This document shows positions 49,025 to 58,096 of a stretch of DNA of 64,000 bases, piece after piece. The translations under genes were made by a program, and so were the position numbers. The stretch is taken from NCBI GenBank assembly GCA_020057555.1, contig JAGVFR010000001.1:3062-67061 (forward strand). The letters are read 5' to 3'. A model generated the notes under the pieces. The model did no database searches, was not told where the DNA came from, and saw only the letters and a list, made by a program, of their open reading frames with translations. The stretch is from a bacterium (GTDB taxonomy: Bacteria > Patescibacteriota > Patescibacteriia > UBA9934 > GWF2-40-263). Every line of letters starts with the position of its first letter. Position 1 is the first letter of the stretch.

Positions 49025-50926
49025 TTATTTTTCAGTAAACCACCAATATAAAATTTCTCTTGCGAGTGGAACTGCGGCGTCAGTACTTTCTCCTCCATCT
49101 TCAACAATAATTGCGATCGCGATTTCTGAATTCTCGTACGGAGCAAAACCAGTAAACCAAGAATGGTACTTTTCATGTCCTGGTGCTTGTGCTGTTCCAG
49201 TTTTTCCTGCCACAGACACTGGAAGTCCAGACAATGAACGTGCACTTCCTTGAGTCACTGTTTGTCGCATTCCTTGTTTCACAACAGAAAGGGCGTATGA
49301 ATCAAGCGACTTAAGTGTTTGATATGAAGTTTCATTTGTAACTTCATTCATTTTTTTGACTACATGCGGCACGAAATCCAAACCGTTGTTCGCTATAATT
49401 CCAGTCGCGTGCGCCATCTGAAGTGGTGTTGTTAACAAATCGCCTTGTCCAATCGCAAGATGATATGTATCTCCAACATACCAACGTTCTCCTTTTTCTT
49501 TCTCCTTCCATTCTTTTGAAGGCAAAAATCCATCAGCTTCTGATGGTAAATCAATCCCTGCTGGTTTTCCAAATCCAAAACGTCCTGCATAATCTGTAAT
49601 CCTATCAACGCCCAAACCGTTAATTTGATCAAGTCCGCCACCGATAATATAAAAAAAAGTATTCACTGATTCAGCAAGTGCCTTTCTAACATTTGTAATT
49701 CCGTGTCCACCAGCTTTCCAATCAGGAAAAAACCATTCATTAATTCTTATTCCTCCTGTTGAAAGAAAAGATGTGTTTTCAGAAATTATTTTTTCAACCA
49801 ATGCCGCATAAGCGACAAATGGTTTGAAAGTCGAACCAGATGGAAACTCACCTGCAATTGCTCTGAAAAATAATGGCAGATCCGGATCTTCAGCTAACTT
49901 TTGATAAGTGTCTTCCTCAATTCCCTGCGCGAATAAATTATTATCAAAAGTCGGTAAACTCACGAGCGCGTAAACTTCACCGTTTTTTGGATTTAATACA
50001 ACAACAGAACCTTTTGTTGAGCCAACTGACTTCATCGCATTTTCAAGTCGTTTTTCAATGAACTTTTGGAATTCAGAATCAACTGTCAAAGTTATATTTG
50101 AACCAACATCAGGATCAGTACGCGACACAACTGATAGTTCCCTACCCCTTGCGTCAACTTCAGTAACAATCTCGCCAGGTTGACCGCGCAATAAAATTTC
50201 TTGCGATCGTTCAACTCCTGTCTTTCCAATAACATCAATTGGTTTGTAACCTTTTTCTTTCCACAAAGAAAGATCTTCTAAAGTCATTTTTCCAGTGTAA
50301 CCTAGTATATGCGAAAGTGAAGGAATTGTTTGAGGATATCTACGCAGAGTTGAAGTTTGTAAATTAAAACCTGGAAGGTTTTTGATTTCAATTGCTAAAT
50401 GCATGGCGCGTTCAAAATTTATATTTCTTTTTACCGGAACAGCTTCAGTTTGATTTTTCGCATATTGCGTCATTAACAGATCCAAATCCGTTGGTTGAAT
50501 TCCAGCTAATTTGCTTACAGAATCAAATAATTCATAACGTTCGTTTTCGTCCGTTGGCAAATCTGCGATCGTCATTGTTAAAACAAAAGAAGGAATATTT
50601 TCCGCAAGTACAATGCCATGTGTATCAAAAATCAAACCTCGTTGTGGAACAAGACGTTCAGTTCGATATCTATTTGATTCTGCGAGCGCTCGAAAATGAT
50701 CTCCTTGAAAAATTTGCAGTTGAACTGAGCGACCCAAAAAAACGATTAACATTAGAAAAAATACAACTTGCGCAAGACGTATTCGCCAAAATGTAATCAC
50801 TGATCCAATACATCGAGTGTTTGGAAGCTGTTCGAAAATCGTAACACCACTTCGATCCGTGAGTTTTCCAATTGGTCCGTTCTCCTGCAAAACGAACAAT
50901 CTAGAATGTGGTGATTGATTTGACAT
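49025..50926 (-). CDS. mrdA: Penicillin-binding protein 2
   Basis: RGLIFD, GSTFK, SVN, KTGTAQ; follows mreBCD. Confidence 0.95.
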   Translation of the reverse strand: MSNQSPHSRLFVLQENGPIGKLTDRSGVTIFEQLPNTRCIGSVITFWRIRLAQVVFFLMLIVFLGRSVQLQIFQGDHFRALAESNRYRTERLVPQRGLIFDTHGIVLAENIPSFVLTMTIADLPTDENERYELFDSVSKLAGIQPTDLDLLMTQYAKNQTEAVPVKRNINFERAMHLAIEIKNLPGFNLQTSTLRRYPQTIPSLSHILGYTGKMTLEDLSLWKEKGYKPIDVIGKTGVERSQEILLRGQPGEIVTEVDARGRELSVVSRTDPDVGSNITLTVDSEFQKFIEKRLENAMKSVGSTKGSVVVLNPKNGEVYALVSLPTFDNNLFAQGIEEDTYQKLAEDPDLPLFFRAIAGEFPSGSTFKPFVAYAALVEKIISENTSFLSTGGIRINEWFFPDWKAGGHGITNVRKALAESVNTFFYIIGGGLDQINGLGVDRITDYAGRFGFGKPAGIDLPSEADGFLPSKEWKEKEKGERWYVGDTYHLAIGQGDLLTTPLQMAHATGIIANNGLDFVPHVVKKMNEVTNETSYQTLKSLDSYALSVVKQGMRQTVTQGSARSLSGLPVSVAGKTGTAQAPGHEKYHSWFTGFAPYENSEIAIAIIVEDGGESTDAAVPLAREILYWWFTEK

Positions 50927-51430
50927 TTAATAATAACGATTATGTGAAGATAAAAACATAACTTGTACAATTTTTCTGATATGAGGTGCGAGTGAAAATA
51001 AAACTGCAACAACAACTATCAACATTCCAAGTCGCTCCGCGTGAGTTTGAAAAAATACTGACCAGTTATTTAATGTAAAGAAAACTCCAAACAAAACAAA
51101 CGTTGCATAACTACTTATTGCACAAGCAATAACACCGTAGAAAGATCGATTTGAAAAAAGTTGCTTTGAAGTAATTACTGCAACGACCGTTGCCGCGAAA
51201 ATAGGGATTATTGAAAAAGAAATATCGCCTAATTTCATCAAATCCATAAGAAATCCGTAACCTATCAACCACGCAATTCCGTCTGAAATTCCTTGATGCT
51301 GAATTAAATAAACACTCAAGGCAAATACGAGTGGAATCGCAGAAAATAATGAAGGAAGCGAACTTATAAAACTTGTTTCAATAAGAAACACAATTAGAAA
51401 CAAAATTGTCGAAATCGCTACACGTGTCAT
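50927..51430 (-). CDS. mreD: Rod shape-determining protein MreD-like
   Basis: ~5 TM helices, GFLMD; between mreC and mrdA. Confidence 0.75.
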   Translation of the reverse strand: MTRVAISTILFLIVFLIETSFISSLPSLFSAIPLVFALSVYLIQHQGISDGIAWLIGYGFLMDLMKLGDISFSIIPIFAATVVAVITSKQLFSNRSFYGVIACAISSYATFVLFGVFFTLNNWSVFFQTHAERLGMLIVVVAVLFSLAPHIRKIVQVMFLSSHNRYY

Positions 51431-52170
51431 ATTTCTTTTTGAATAAGAACTTGAACTGAAGTGTGCAAGCGTGAATCTACCAATGGTTCAATCACGGCTT
51501 CCAAAAACGGTGCATTTGGTTCTGGACGAACATCATTGATAATTCCAACAAGCAAACCCGAAGGAATGCGTGGTTCAAGACCAGAGGTCACAACAAGATT
51601 ATCAATTTCAATAACTGTTTCTTGCGGAATAAAATTTAATTTTAACAAATTTCCTGCCATTCCTTCTGCAACTCCAATTGTTTGAGATTGGTTTAACAAG
51701 CTGACTGCGGTTGCAACAGCAGGATCAGAAAGAGTTCTAACTGTTGAACTTTTTTGCGTTACTGAAATTACTTTTCCAATTAGTACCCCATCTTTTACAA
51801 TCACCGGATCTCCGACTTTAATCCCATCCTGCTCCCCACGATCAATTGAAAAGGTTGAAGTCTGGATCGTGTTGGATCGTGCAATAATAGTTGCCATTAT
51901 AGATGTCAAATCAGACCTTTCAATATAACCTAAAACCTCTTTCAACTCCTGATTTTCCTGAATGAGCTGTTCATATTTTGCTTTATCAATTGAAAGAGCA
52001 ACCAAACGACGCTCCAATTCTTCTTTGTTTGGCTGTTTGTAAAACCATGTACCAGCTTGTGCTAATGGTCGTTGAATAATTTGAATTCCACGCTCAAACC
52101 AGCCTCTTGCAAAAATTAGTAATATCACAATTGCTATTACAGTAAGAGATAAGTGAGCGCGACGTTTCAT
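51427..52170 (-). CDS. mreC: Rod shape-determining protein MreC
   Basis: ENQELK, IDRGEQDGI, LIGKV, VVTSG..PSGLLVG. Confidence 0.94.
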   Translation of the reverse strand: MKRRAHLSLTVIAIVILLIFARGWFERGIQIIQRPLAQAGTWFYKQPNKEELERRLVALSIDKAKYEQLIQENQELKEVLGYIERSDLTSIMATIIARSNTIQTSTFSIDRGEQDGIKVGDPVIVKDGVLIGKVISVTQKSSTVRTLSDPAVATAVSLLNQSQTIGVAEGMAGNLLKLNFIPQETVIEIDNLVVTSGLEPRIPSGLLVGIINDVRPEPNAPFLEAVIEPLVDSRLHTSVQVLIQKEI

Positions 52171-52175
52171 ATAAT

Positions 52176-53228
52176 CTACAAGATATTTCCTTCAGTTGCT
52201 GAAGGAAGCGAAATGTCTTTGAGTAAATCCTCTTGATCAAGCAGAAAACCAGCTCCGCGAACAACTGATGTTAGTGGATCATCAGCAATTCGAACCGGAA
52301 TCGCGGCTTGACGCGAAATTAATTTATCCAGTCCACGAAGAAGCGCTCCGCCACCAGTTAAAACAATTCCACGCTCATAAATATCAGCCACAAGTTCAGG
52401 AGGAGTTGTTTCAAGCACAGCTTTAATGCTATCAACAATTGTTCTAATTGAACGCTCCAATGCTTCACGGATTTGAGTATCGTTCACAATAATTTCCTTT
52501 GGAAGTCCTGTAAGTAAATCCCTTCCGCGCATTTCCATTTCAAGAGGTTCGTCTTGTTCGATCGCGGTTCCTATTCTCATTTTTACTTTTTCTGCAACGC
52601 GTTCACCCAAAAGTAAATTAAACACATCGCGGGCGTATTGAATAATATTTTTGTTCAATTCGTCACCGGCAATTGGAAGCGACTTCCATGTAACAATTCC
52701 AGCAAGTGACATAACAGCGATTTCTGTTGTTCCGCCACCAAGATCAACAATCATCATTCCAACTGATTCTGAAAGCGGAAGTCTTGCGCCAAGTGCCGCA
52801 AGCATAGGATTTTCAACAAGAAAAACTTGACGAGCTCCAGCAGAAAGTGCGGCATCCTCGATTGCTTTGCGTTCCACTTCTGTTGTTTCAAGTGGAACTC
52901 CAATTACAATTCGTGGACGAGGAACAATTGTAAATGACTCTGAATGAACCCTGTCAATAAAATATTTGAGCATTTTTTCAGTGACTTCAAAATCGGAAAT
53001 CACACCTTTGGTCAACGGCTTTGTCATTTCAATATGCGGTGGATTTTTTCCAAGCATGTCTTTTGCATCTTTTCCTACAGCTAAAATTTGATTTGTACGA
53101 ATATTGATAGCGACAATCGAAGGTTCATTTACAACAATTCCACCGTCTTTTGAATAAACGAGAGTATTCGAAGTACCAAGGTCGATTCCAAGGTCTTTTG
53201 AAAAGCGTCCAAAAAACTTGTTGAACAT
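52176..53228 (-). CDS. mreB: Actin-like protein MreB
   Basis: GIDLGTSNT, EPSIVA, DLGGGTTE, TPPEL, LTGGGALL. Confidence 0.98.
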   Translation of the reverse strand: MFNKFFGRFSKDLGIDLGTSNTLVYSKDGGIVVNEPSIVAINIRTNQILAVGKDAKDMLGKNPPHIEMTKPLTKGVISDFEVTEKMLKYFIDRVHSESFTIVPRPRIVIGVPLETTEVERKAIEDAALSAGARQVFLVENPMLAALGARLPLSESVGMMIVDLGGGTTEIAVMSLAGIVTWKSLPIAGDELNKNIIQYARDVFNLLLGERVAEKVKMRIGTAIEQDEPLEMEMRGRDLLTGLPKEIIVNDTQIREALERSIRTIVDSIKAVLETTPPELVADIYERGIVLTGGGALLRGLDKLISRQAAIPVRIADDPLTSVVRGAGFLLDQEDLLKDISLPSATEGNIL

Positions 53229-53246
53229 ATAAACCTGTAATCGTTG

Positions 53247-53348
53247 AAGAAGCGATTTGCACCATGTCTTCGGGCCAGTGGACTCCTCGCCGCTGGTGTT
53301 GTCCGGTCTAGTCCTCGACTCCCTGCGACATGATGCAAACTGCTTCTT
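53247..53348. repeat. Structured intergenic element, copy D
   Basis: Outer stem AAGAAGCGATTTGCACCATGTC / GACATGATGCAAACTGCTTCTT; core CGGGCCAGTGGACTCCTCGCCGCTGGTGTTGTCCGGTCT shared with copy A. Confidence 0.92.
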
Positions 53349-53426
53349 TGTTGTTTATTGAGTGATTGGAGGATGAAAAGGAAGGTTGAAGTAAGGTTCG
53401 CTTACCCAAAGATTTTACTCGACAAC

Positions 53427-53451
53427 AAAAACAACAGCAAGCCCGCTGTTG
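53427..53451 (-). terminator. Intrinsic terminator after the 127-aa membrane protein gene
   Basis: Minus strand CAACAGC-GGGCTT-GCTGTTG-TTTTT. Confidence 0.75.
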
Positions 53452-53465
53452 AGTATATTTAGTGT

Positions 53466-53849
53466 TCAAAAGGATTGGTTGCGGCGGTTTAAAAAAAACA
53501 GCTCAACCAAGGAGAAAAGTATGACAAGTAAAAATGCTGACCACCATCGCATTAGATCAAAAGAAAGAAGCAACATGGCACAGATAAAGAGTCCTGTAAA
53601 AATAACGCTCTGTCTTAAAGCCCGAACAGTTTGTCTATATGGCATTCCATCTGGATGAAACCAAACACGAAGTAATGTTCCAAATAAGGCCGTTGTTCCT
53701 AAAAATGCGACTGCAAAAGTTACATAGAAAAGTGTGTAGCCAATGAAACCAGTTGAAACAGGGTCTGTTGTATTGAGAACAAAAACCCAACCAATCCAAG
53801 CCGCAACTGTCGCAAGTGTAATGATTATTAAAAACCAACGGAATGTCAT
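53466..53849 (-). CDS. Four-TM hypothetical membrane protein
   Basis: 127 aa, four hydrophobic helices, overlaps upstream stop (ATGA). Confidence 0.75.
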   Translation of the reverse strand: MTFRWFLIIITLATVAAWIGWVFVLNTTDPVSTGFIGYTLFYVTFAVAFLGTTALFGTLLRVWFHPDGMPYRQTVRALRQSVIFTGLFICAMLLLSFDLMRWWSAFLLVILFSLVELFFLNRRNQSF

Positions 53850-54166
53850 ACTGTAGCATCTATTATTTTGCTTATGCGATATCGAACTTTGATTATTTTT
53901 TGCGTTGGAAATTCATTTTTTAGATTATTCAAAATTTGAAATTCGTGTTCTGAAAGATATTGAGCAGTTGATGAGTGAGAACTTTCAATGGTTAAAATAT
54001 TGTCCCTCAAAGAAACAGCACGAGCATCTGAATTCTGTTCATGCGGTAGTATTCGTGCGATTTCTTCATTGGCTTTTGTAACAACTTGTGTTGCGTTTAC
54101 CTGTGTTGAAACGTTTGCTCGTTTAAGAGCAGTTGTAAGCAAATCACGGATTGGGGTTAGGGTCAT
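53846..54166 (-). CDS. DciA/DUF721-family protein
   Basis: 106 aa; PIRDLL, AVSLRDNILTIES..S..AQ.L...IL..L pattern. Confidence 0.7.
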   Translation of the reverse strand: MTLTPIRDLLTTALKRANVSTQVNATQVVTKANEEIARILPHEQNSDARAVSLRDNILTIESSHSSTAQYLSEHEFQILNNLKNEFPTQKIIKVRYRISKIIDATV

Positions 54167-54180
54167 AGTATTATTCTATC

Positions 54181-57117
54181 TTAAATTTGCCTGAATTCAC
54201 AGATGTCAGCAAAATCACAGTACTGGCAATGAAATCCCGGGGTTGGAGGAAAATGACTTTCGCGAATTCGCGCAACTCGTTCAACAATATCTTCTTGCAA
54301 CTTCAACAAATCATCATCTGTGCCGATAAAAGAAACCACAGAATTATCTTCCAAATATACGAAAGAAAGTTTTTTCACATTTAAGCCAAGGACATCGCGC
54401 GCGGCAAGCTGATACAACCACAATTGTTCTTTGTCCAAACGTTCGATCTTTTTTTCAGTTTTTGGATTTCCTGTTTTGTAATCAATTATTTCAACACCAT
54501 CTTCAAAATGATCAATGCGATCCATTCGGCCTTTCAAAACAATGTCGCCGATTTTGTATGTGTATCCTTGTTCAAGCGCGAGCGGTTCAGGTGGATTTAT
54601 TTTCAAAGATGAAATGTAGGAAATGAGTTGTTCTCTTCCCTTTTTTCGATACCGTTCTCGCATTTGATCATTCGGATACCAATCATCTTGCCAGCAAGTA
54701 TTATAAAATTCCAACAATTCTTCAACGCTCACTTGCAAACCACTTATTGAAACTTCAACATTTTGTTTTGAAAAAAGTGATGTCTGTCGCTGGCCAGATC
54801 GTTCCATCCAAGCTAAAAAATATCGGTGCAAAGTATTGTGCATTGTTTTTCCAAACGAGTATGTCCATTTTCCAAGAACTGGAACTCGAAGAATGTGCGC
54901 AAACTTATATTGCAAAGGACATTTTTGAAAAGCCGCAAGTTGTGTGAATGAAAATCGTTTTGGAGTGTATGATTGCAGTCCTGTTATATCTCTTGCCTCT
55001 TGCCTATTGCCGATTTCCTCACACTCCTCTTCAAATAATTCCACAATGTTTTCTTGACCTTTCAGTCCTTTTTCAACTCCGACCTCCTCTAAAAACCTCG
55101 ATAACTTTCGACTACGCGCACCACCATAATCCTCTGCTGATGTAAAAAACAAACCTTCTTTTGCACGCGTCATTGCAACATAAAATAAACGTCGCTCTTC
55201 CTCAAGATGATTCAGCGCTTCGTCACTTGATTCTTTATCGTTCAAGAATTCATCAGGAAGAGGAATTGCTTCGCCACGGCGTTGTGTTGGAAATTTTCGA
55301 TCAACAAGATTTACAACAAATACATATCGAAATTCTAAACCTTTTGCGCCGTGAACGGTCATTATCCTTACCATGTCAGGGCCTGCGTCTAAATCAACAG
55401 CGAGTGAACCTTCTTCTCCGGCATCTCTTTCGAATTGAAACTCGGCTAAAAATTCATGAAGTGTTTTGTGTGGTGCTCTGCCTTCAAATGACTTAAGTCT
55501 TTGAAAAAACTGTTGAAGATATCCAAACGTTTCTTGCTTTCGAGCGTCAGACTGAAGATTGATCACATCAAGATATCCGGATGTTTTTATAATTTCCAAA
55601 AAGATTTCCGTAACACATTTTGTTGTTGATGTTTGTTGGATTGAATTTATGAAAGACAAAATCCGATCATGAGAAGATGATTTTTTCATCAACATTGCCT
55701 CGAATAAACTCTTGCCTTTTCGTTGCGCAAGACGATTTAATTCTGCTATTTCAATCGCGGGTAGCGACCACATTGGCAAAGTCAAAACTCGATACAAACT
55801 CGGGCTGTCATGCAGCCGATCAATTACGCGCATGAGAGCCATCACATCCAAAATGACCGACTTGTTGTAAAGACCACTTAATGCCAAAAACTGATATGGA
55901 ATGTTGTGGCGCTCAAGCGCGTGCGCAAAATCTGCTCCAGCGGAATTTGAGCGAACAAGAATTGCAAAATCGTTCCACACACACTCTTGGTCAGATTCTT
56001 TCAACGATAAAATCTTTTTAACAACAGCGCCGACTTCCTCTTGTGAACTTCCACAATGAATATGATCAATAACGCCGACGTTTTCTTTGTGAGCAATAAG
56101 TTTCTTTGACAGCACTCGTTCAGACTGCGCTTCAAGACGATTTGGATTATTGTGTTGAATAAAAGCGTGCGCGCTATCAAGAATCGATTGAGCGCTACGA
56201 TAATTACGAGTTAAAACAACACGCGTCGCATCAGGATAATCTGATTCAAAACGAAGAATGTTTTCAATTGACGCTCCACGAAATTTATAAATGGCTTGAT
56301 CATCATCACCAACAACTGTGATATTTCGATCAGGTTCTGAAATCATTTTGACAAGTTCATATTGAGCCGCGTTCGTATCTTGAAATTCATCAACAAGAAT
56401 AAATTGAAAACGTTCGCGCACTTCTCGCAAAACATTTGGACGCTCTTTTAAAAGACGAATTGCGTATAAAATCAAATCACCAAAATCAAAACTATCGTGT
56501 GAAAGCAAAATCTGTTGATATTTATGATACGCAGACGCAAGTTCGTTGATGCGACTCAACTCGCCAACTCGATCATCACTTTTTTGTAAGGAATCAGTGT
56601 CGGCTTCCAGTCGTTGAACAAGCGACAAATAATCATCAGATGAAATCGCGCGATCTTTTGCTCGCGAAAAATGTTGAATCAACGCTTTAAGATATTTTGT
56701 TGGATTTCCAAGCGGTCGATAATAATCGAGTTCAAATTCATCAAAATGTTGACGAGTAAGAAGCCATGAATCAAGTTCAGTTAATAATTGAAAATCAGTT
56801 GTCAAACCGATCTGTGTTCCATAATCGCGAAGCAACCGTTCACAAAATGAATGGAATGTTGAAATTTGAAGATCAACGTAACCATAAGGCAAAAGTAAGT
56901 CAACTCGTTCTTCCATTTCGTTCGCGGCCTTGTCTGTAAATGTGAGCGCGAGAATTTGTTCTGGTTTTGCATGACCTTGCTCAATAAGCCATGCGATACG
57001 ACGAGTGATAACAGTAGTCTTCCCTGTTCCAGCGCCAGCTACAATCATAAGCGGTCCGTTTGTGTGAGTAACGGCTTGGATTTGCTCTTGGTTTAGGTCG
57101 TCAAGAAGTGAGGGCAT
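54181..57117 (-). CDS. UvrD/PcrA-family SF1A helicase fused to a PD-(D/E)XK nuclease with 4-Cys cluster
   Basis: AGAGTGKT, LVDEFQD, EEERRLFYVAMTRAK; C-terminal CP...GRMDRID..IIDYKTG..QLWLY...CQYCDFADIC. Confidence 0.93.
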   Translation of the reverse strand: MPSLLDDLNQEQIQAVTHTNGPLMIVAGAGTGKTTVITRRIAWLIEQGHAKPEQILALTFTDKAANEMEERVDLLLPYGYVDLQISTFHSFCERLLRDYGTQIGLTTDFQLLTELDSWLLTRQHFDEFELDYYRPLGNPTKYLKALIQHFSRAKDRAISSDDYLSLVQRLEADTDSLQKSDDRVGELSRINELASAYHKYQQILLSHDSFDFGDLILYAIRLLKERPNVLREVRERFQFILVDEFQDTNAAQYELVKMISEPDRNITVVGDDDQAIYKFRGASIENILRFESDYPDATRVVLTRNYRSAQSILDSAHAFIQHNNPNRLEAQSERVLSKKLIAHKENVGVIDHIHCGSSQEEVGAVVKKILSLKESDQECVWNDFAILVRSNSAGADFAHALERHNIPYQFLALSGLYNKSVILDVMALMRVIDRLHDSPSLYRVLTLPMWSLPAIEIAELNRLAQRKGKSLFEAMLMKKSSSHDRILSFINSIQQTSTTKCVTEIFLEIIKTSGYLDVINLQSDARKQETFGYLQQFFQRLKSFEGRAPHKTLHEFLAEFQFERDAGEEGSLAVDLDAGPDMVRIMTVHGAKGLEFRYVFVVNLVDRKFPTQRRGEAIPLPDEFLNDKESSDEALNHLEEERRLFYVAMTRAKEGLFFTSAEDYGGARSRKLSRFLEEVGVEKGLKGQENIVELFEEECEEIGNRQEARDITGLQSYTPKRFSFTQLAAFQKCPLQYKFAHILRVPVLGKWTYSFGKTMHNTLHRYFLAWMERSGQRQTSLFSKQNVEVSISGLQVSVEELLEFYNTCWQDDWYPNDQMRERYRKKGREQLISYISSLKINPPEPLALEQGYTYKIGDIVLKGRMDRIDHFEDGVEIIDYKTGNPKTEKKIERLDKEQLWLYQLAARDVLGLNVKKLSFVYLEDNSVVSFIGTDDDLLKLQEDIVERVARIRESHFPPTPGFHCQYCDFADICEFRQI

Positions 57118-57209
57118 GACTGGGTAAGTTTATCAAAGTTCCATCCCCTTACCAAGTGTTACCGCTCTTTGTTATTAATTTTGGAATTGGGTGTTTGGAT
57201 AATTTCAAC

Positions 57210-57232
57210 AAAAAAGCACCCAGTTTGAGTGC
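57210..57232 (-). terminator. Intrinsic terminator
   Basis: Minus strand GCACTCA-AAC-TGGGTGC-TTTTTT. Confidence 0.75.
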
Positions 57233-57253
57233 AGAGAGTTAGGGCTTCAGAGA

Positions 57254-58000
57254 TTAGCCCTTGTGACGAGAAGGATCGTCAGAAGTGTCGTGCTGGCTTT
57301 CGCGATAGGCTTCTATTGCTCCACCTCGCGCGCTGTCCTCGTCCATCCATGGGTCATCATTAGGACATGCTTCGGAGGCCTCTATCGCCCTGATAAGGTC
57401 TTCGTCTGTCGCAACTGCCGCTCCAGGATCGGGATCGTCTTCGCTTCCGAGAACGTTCACCTCGTAGTTTGTGTACCACAGTGTCCAGAGTCTCTGGTCA
57501 ATCTTGTAGTAAGTGCCGCCTGCCGAAGTGTTGATGCGAAGATAGCAAGAGATTTCGGTTTTGGCATCGAAATCGGATGCGTTCAGTCCACTGATCATGT
57601 CGTGGATCTGTTGGACAACGTCCAATGGACCTTCGGTGTTGAGTCCGATGCACGGAACGTCCACGATCAGAACGATCGAAAAATCGGGGTGAACCTTTTG
57701 CGCTTCCTTGATCTGTCTTCGCAGGAGTGAGGAAGCTGTATCACTGTGTTCAGACATCAAACTACCATTAGCAAGACGAGTTGCTCCTCCGAGAACAGCG
57801 ATGACAATCGAACCCTCTGAAAACTTCTCTTCAGCGACGTACTCGCTACAGCAGAGTATGATCGCTGGCATTGCTGACTTGTCAGTACTGAAGGCCTTGA
57901 ACCCATGTTCTTTGCCCATGTTGACTTGTTTGATGACGCATTTTTCGGCCATCTTGACCACGAACCCGAGATCAGCTTCGTCAATGGTTCTGTCTGTCAT
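57254..58000 (-). CDS. Hypothetical protein, possibly degenerate beta-carbonic-anhydrase fold with acidic tail
   Basis: AIILCCSE ... IAVLGGA ... RQIKEAQKVH ... IVLIVDVPC follows the CxD...GG...HxxC layout; GGAG 7 nt before ATG. Confidence 0.5.
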   Translation of the reverse strand: MTDRTIDEADLGFVVKMAEKCVIKQVNMGKEHGFKAFSTDKSAMPAIILCCSEYVAEEKFSEGSIVIAVLGGATRLANGSLMSEHSDTASSLLRRQIKEAQKVHPDFSIVLIVDVPCIGLNTEGPLDVVQQIHDMISGLNASDFDAKTEISCYLRINTSAGGTYYKIDQRLWTLWYTNYEVNVLGSEDDPDPGAAVATDEDLIRAIEASEACPNDDPWMDEDSARGGAIEAYRESQHDTSDDPSRHKG

Positions 58001-58043
58001 TTCACCTCTCCATCTTTAGTTTAGACACAGAACAACCGTGAGG

Positions 58044-58072
58044 AGATTACCCCTAACATGATCTTTTGTCAA
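58044..58072 (-). promoter_or_regulatory. Sigma70-type promoter for the 57254-58000 gene
   Basis: TTGACA-17 nt-TAATCT on the minus strand, immediately after the upstream terminator. Confidence 0.7.
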
Positions 58073-58073
58073 G

Positions 58074-58096
58074 AAAAAGCACCTGATTAGGGTGCT
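58074..58096 (-). terminator. Intrinsic terminator overlapping stop codon
   Basis: AGCACC/GGTGCT stem followed by U run on the minus strand. Confidence 0.75.

Noticed and set aside
53391-53405. GGTTCG hairpin suggesting a tRNA T-arm
   Set aside because: No cloverleaf, acceptor stem or D-arm around it.
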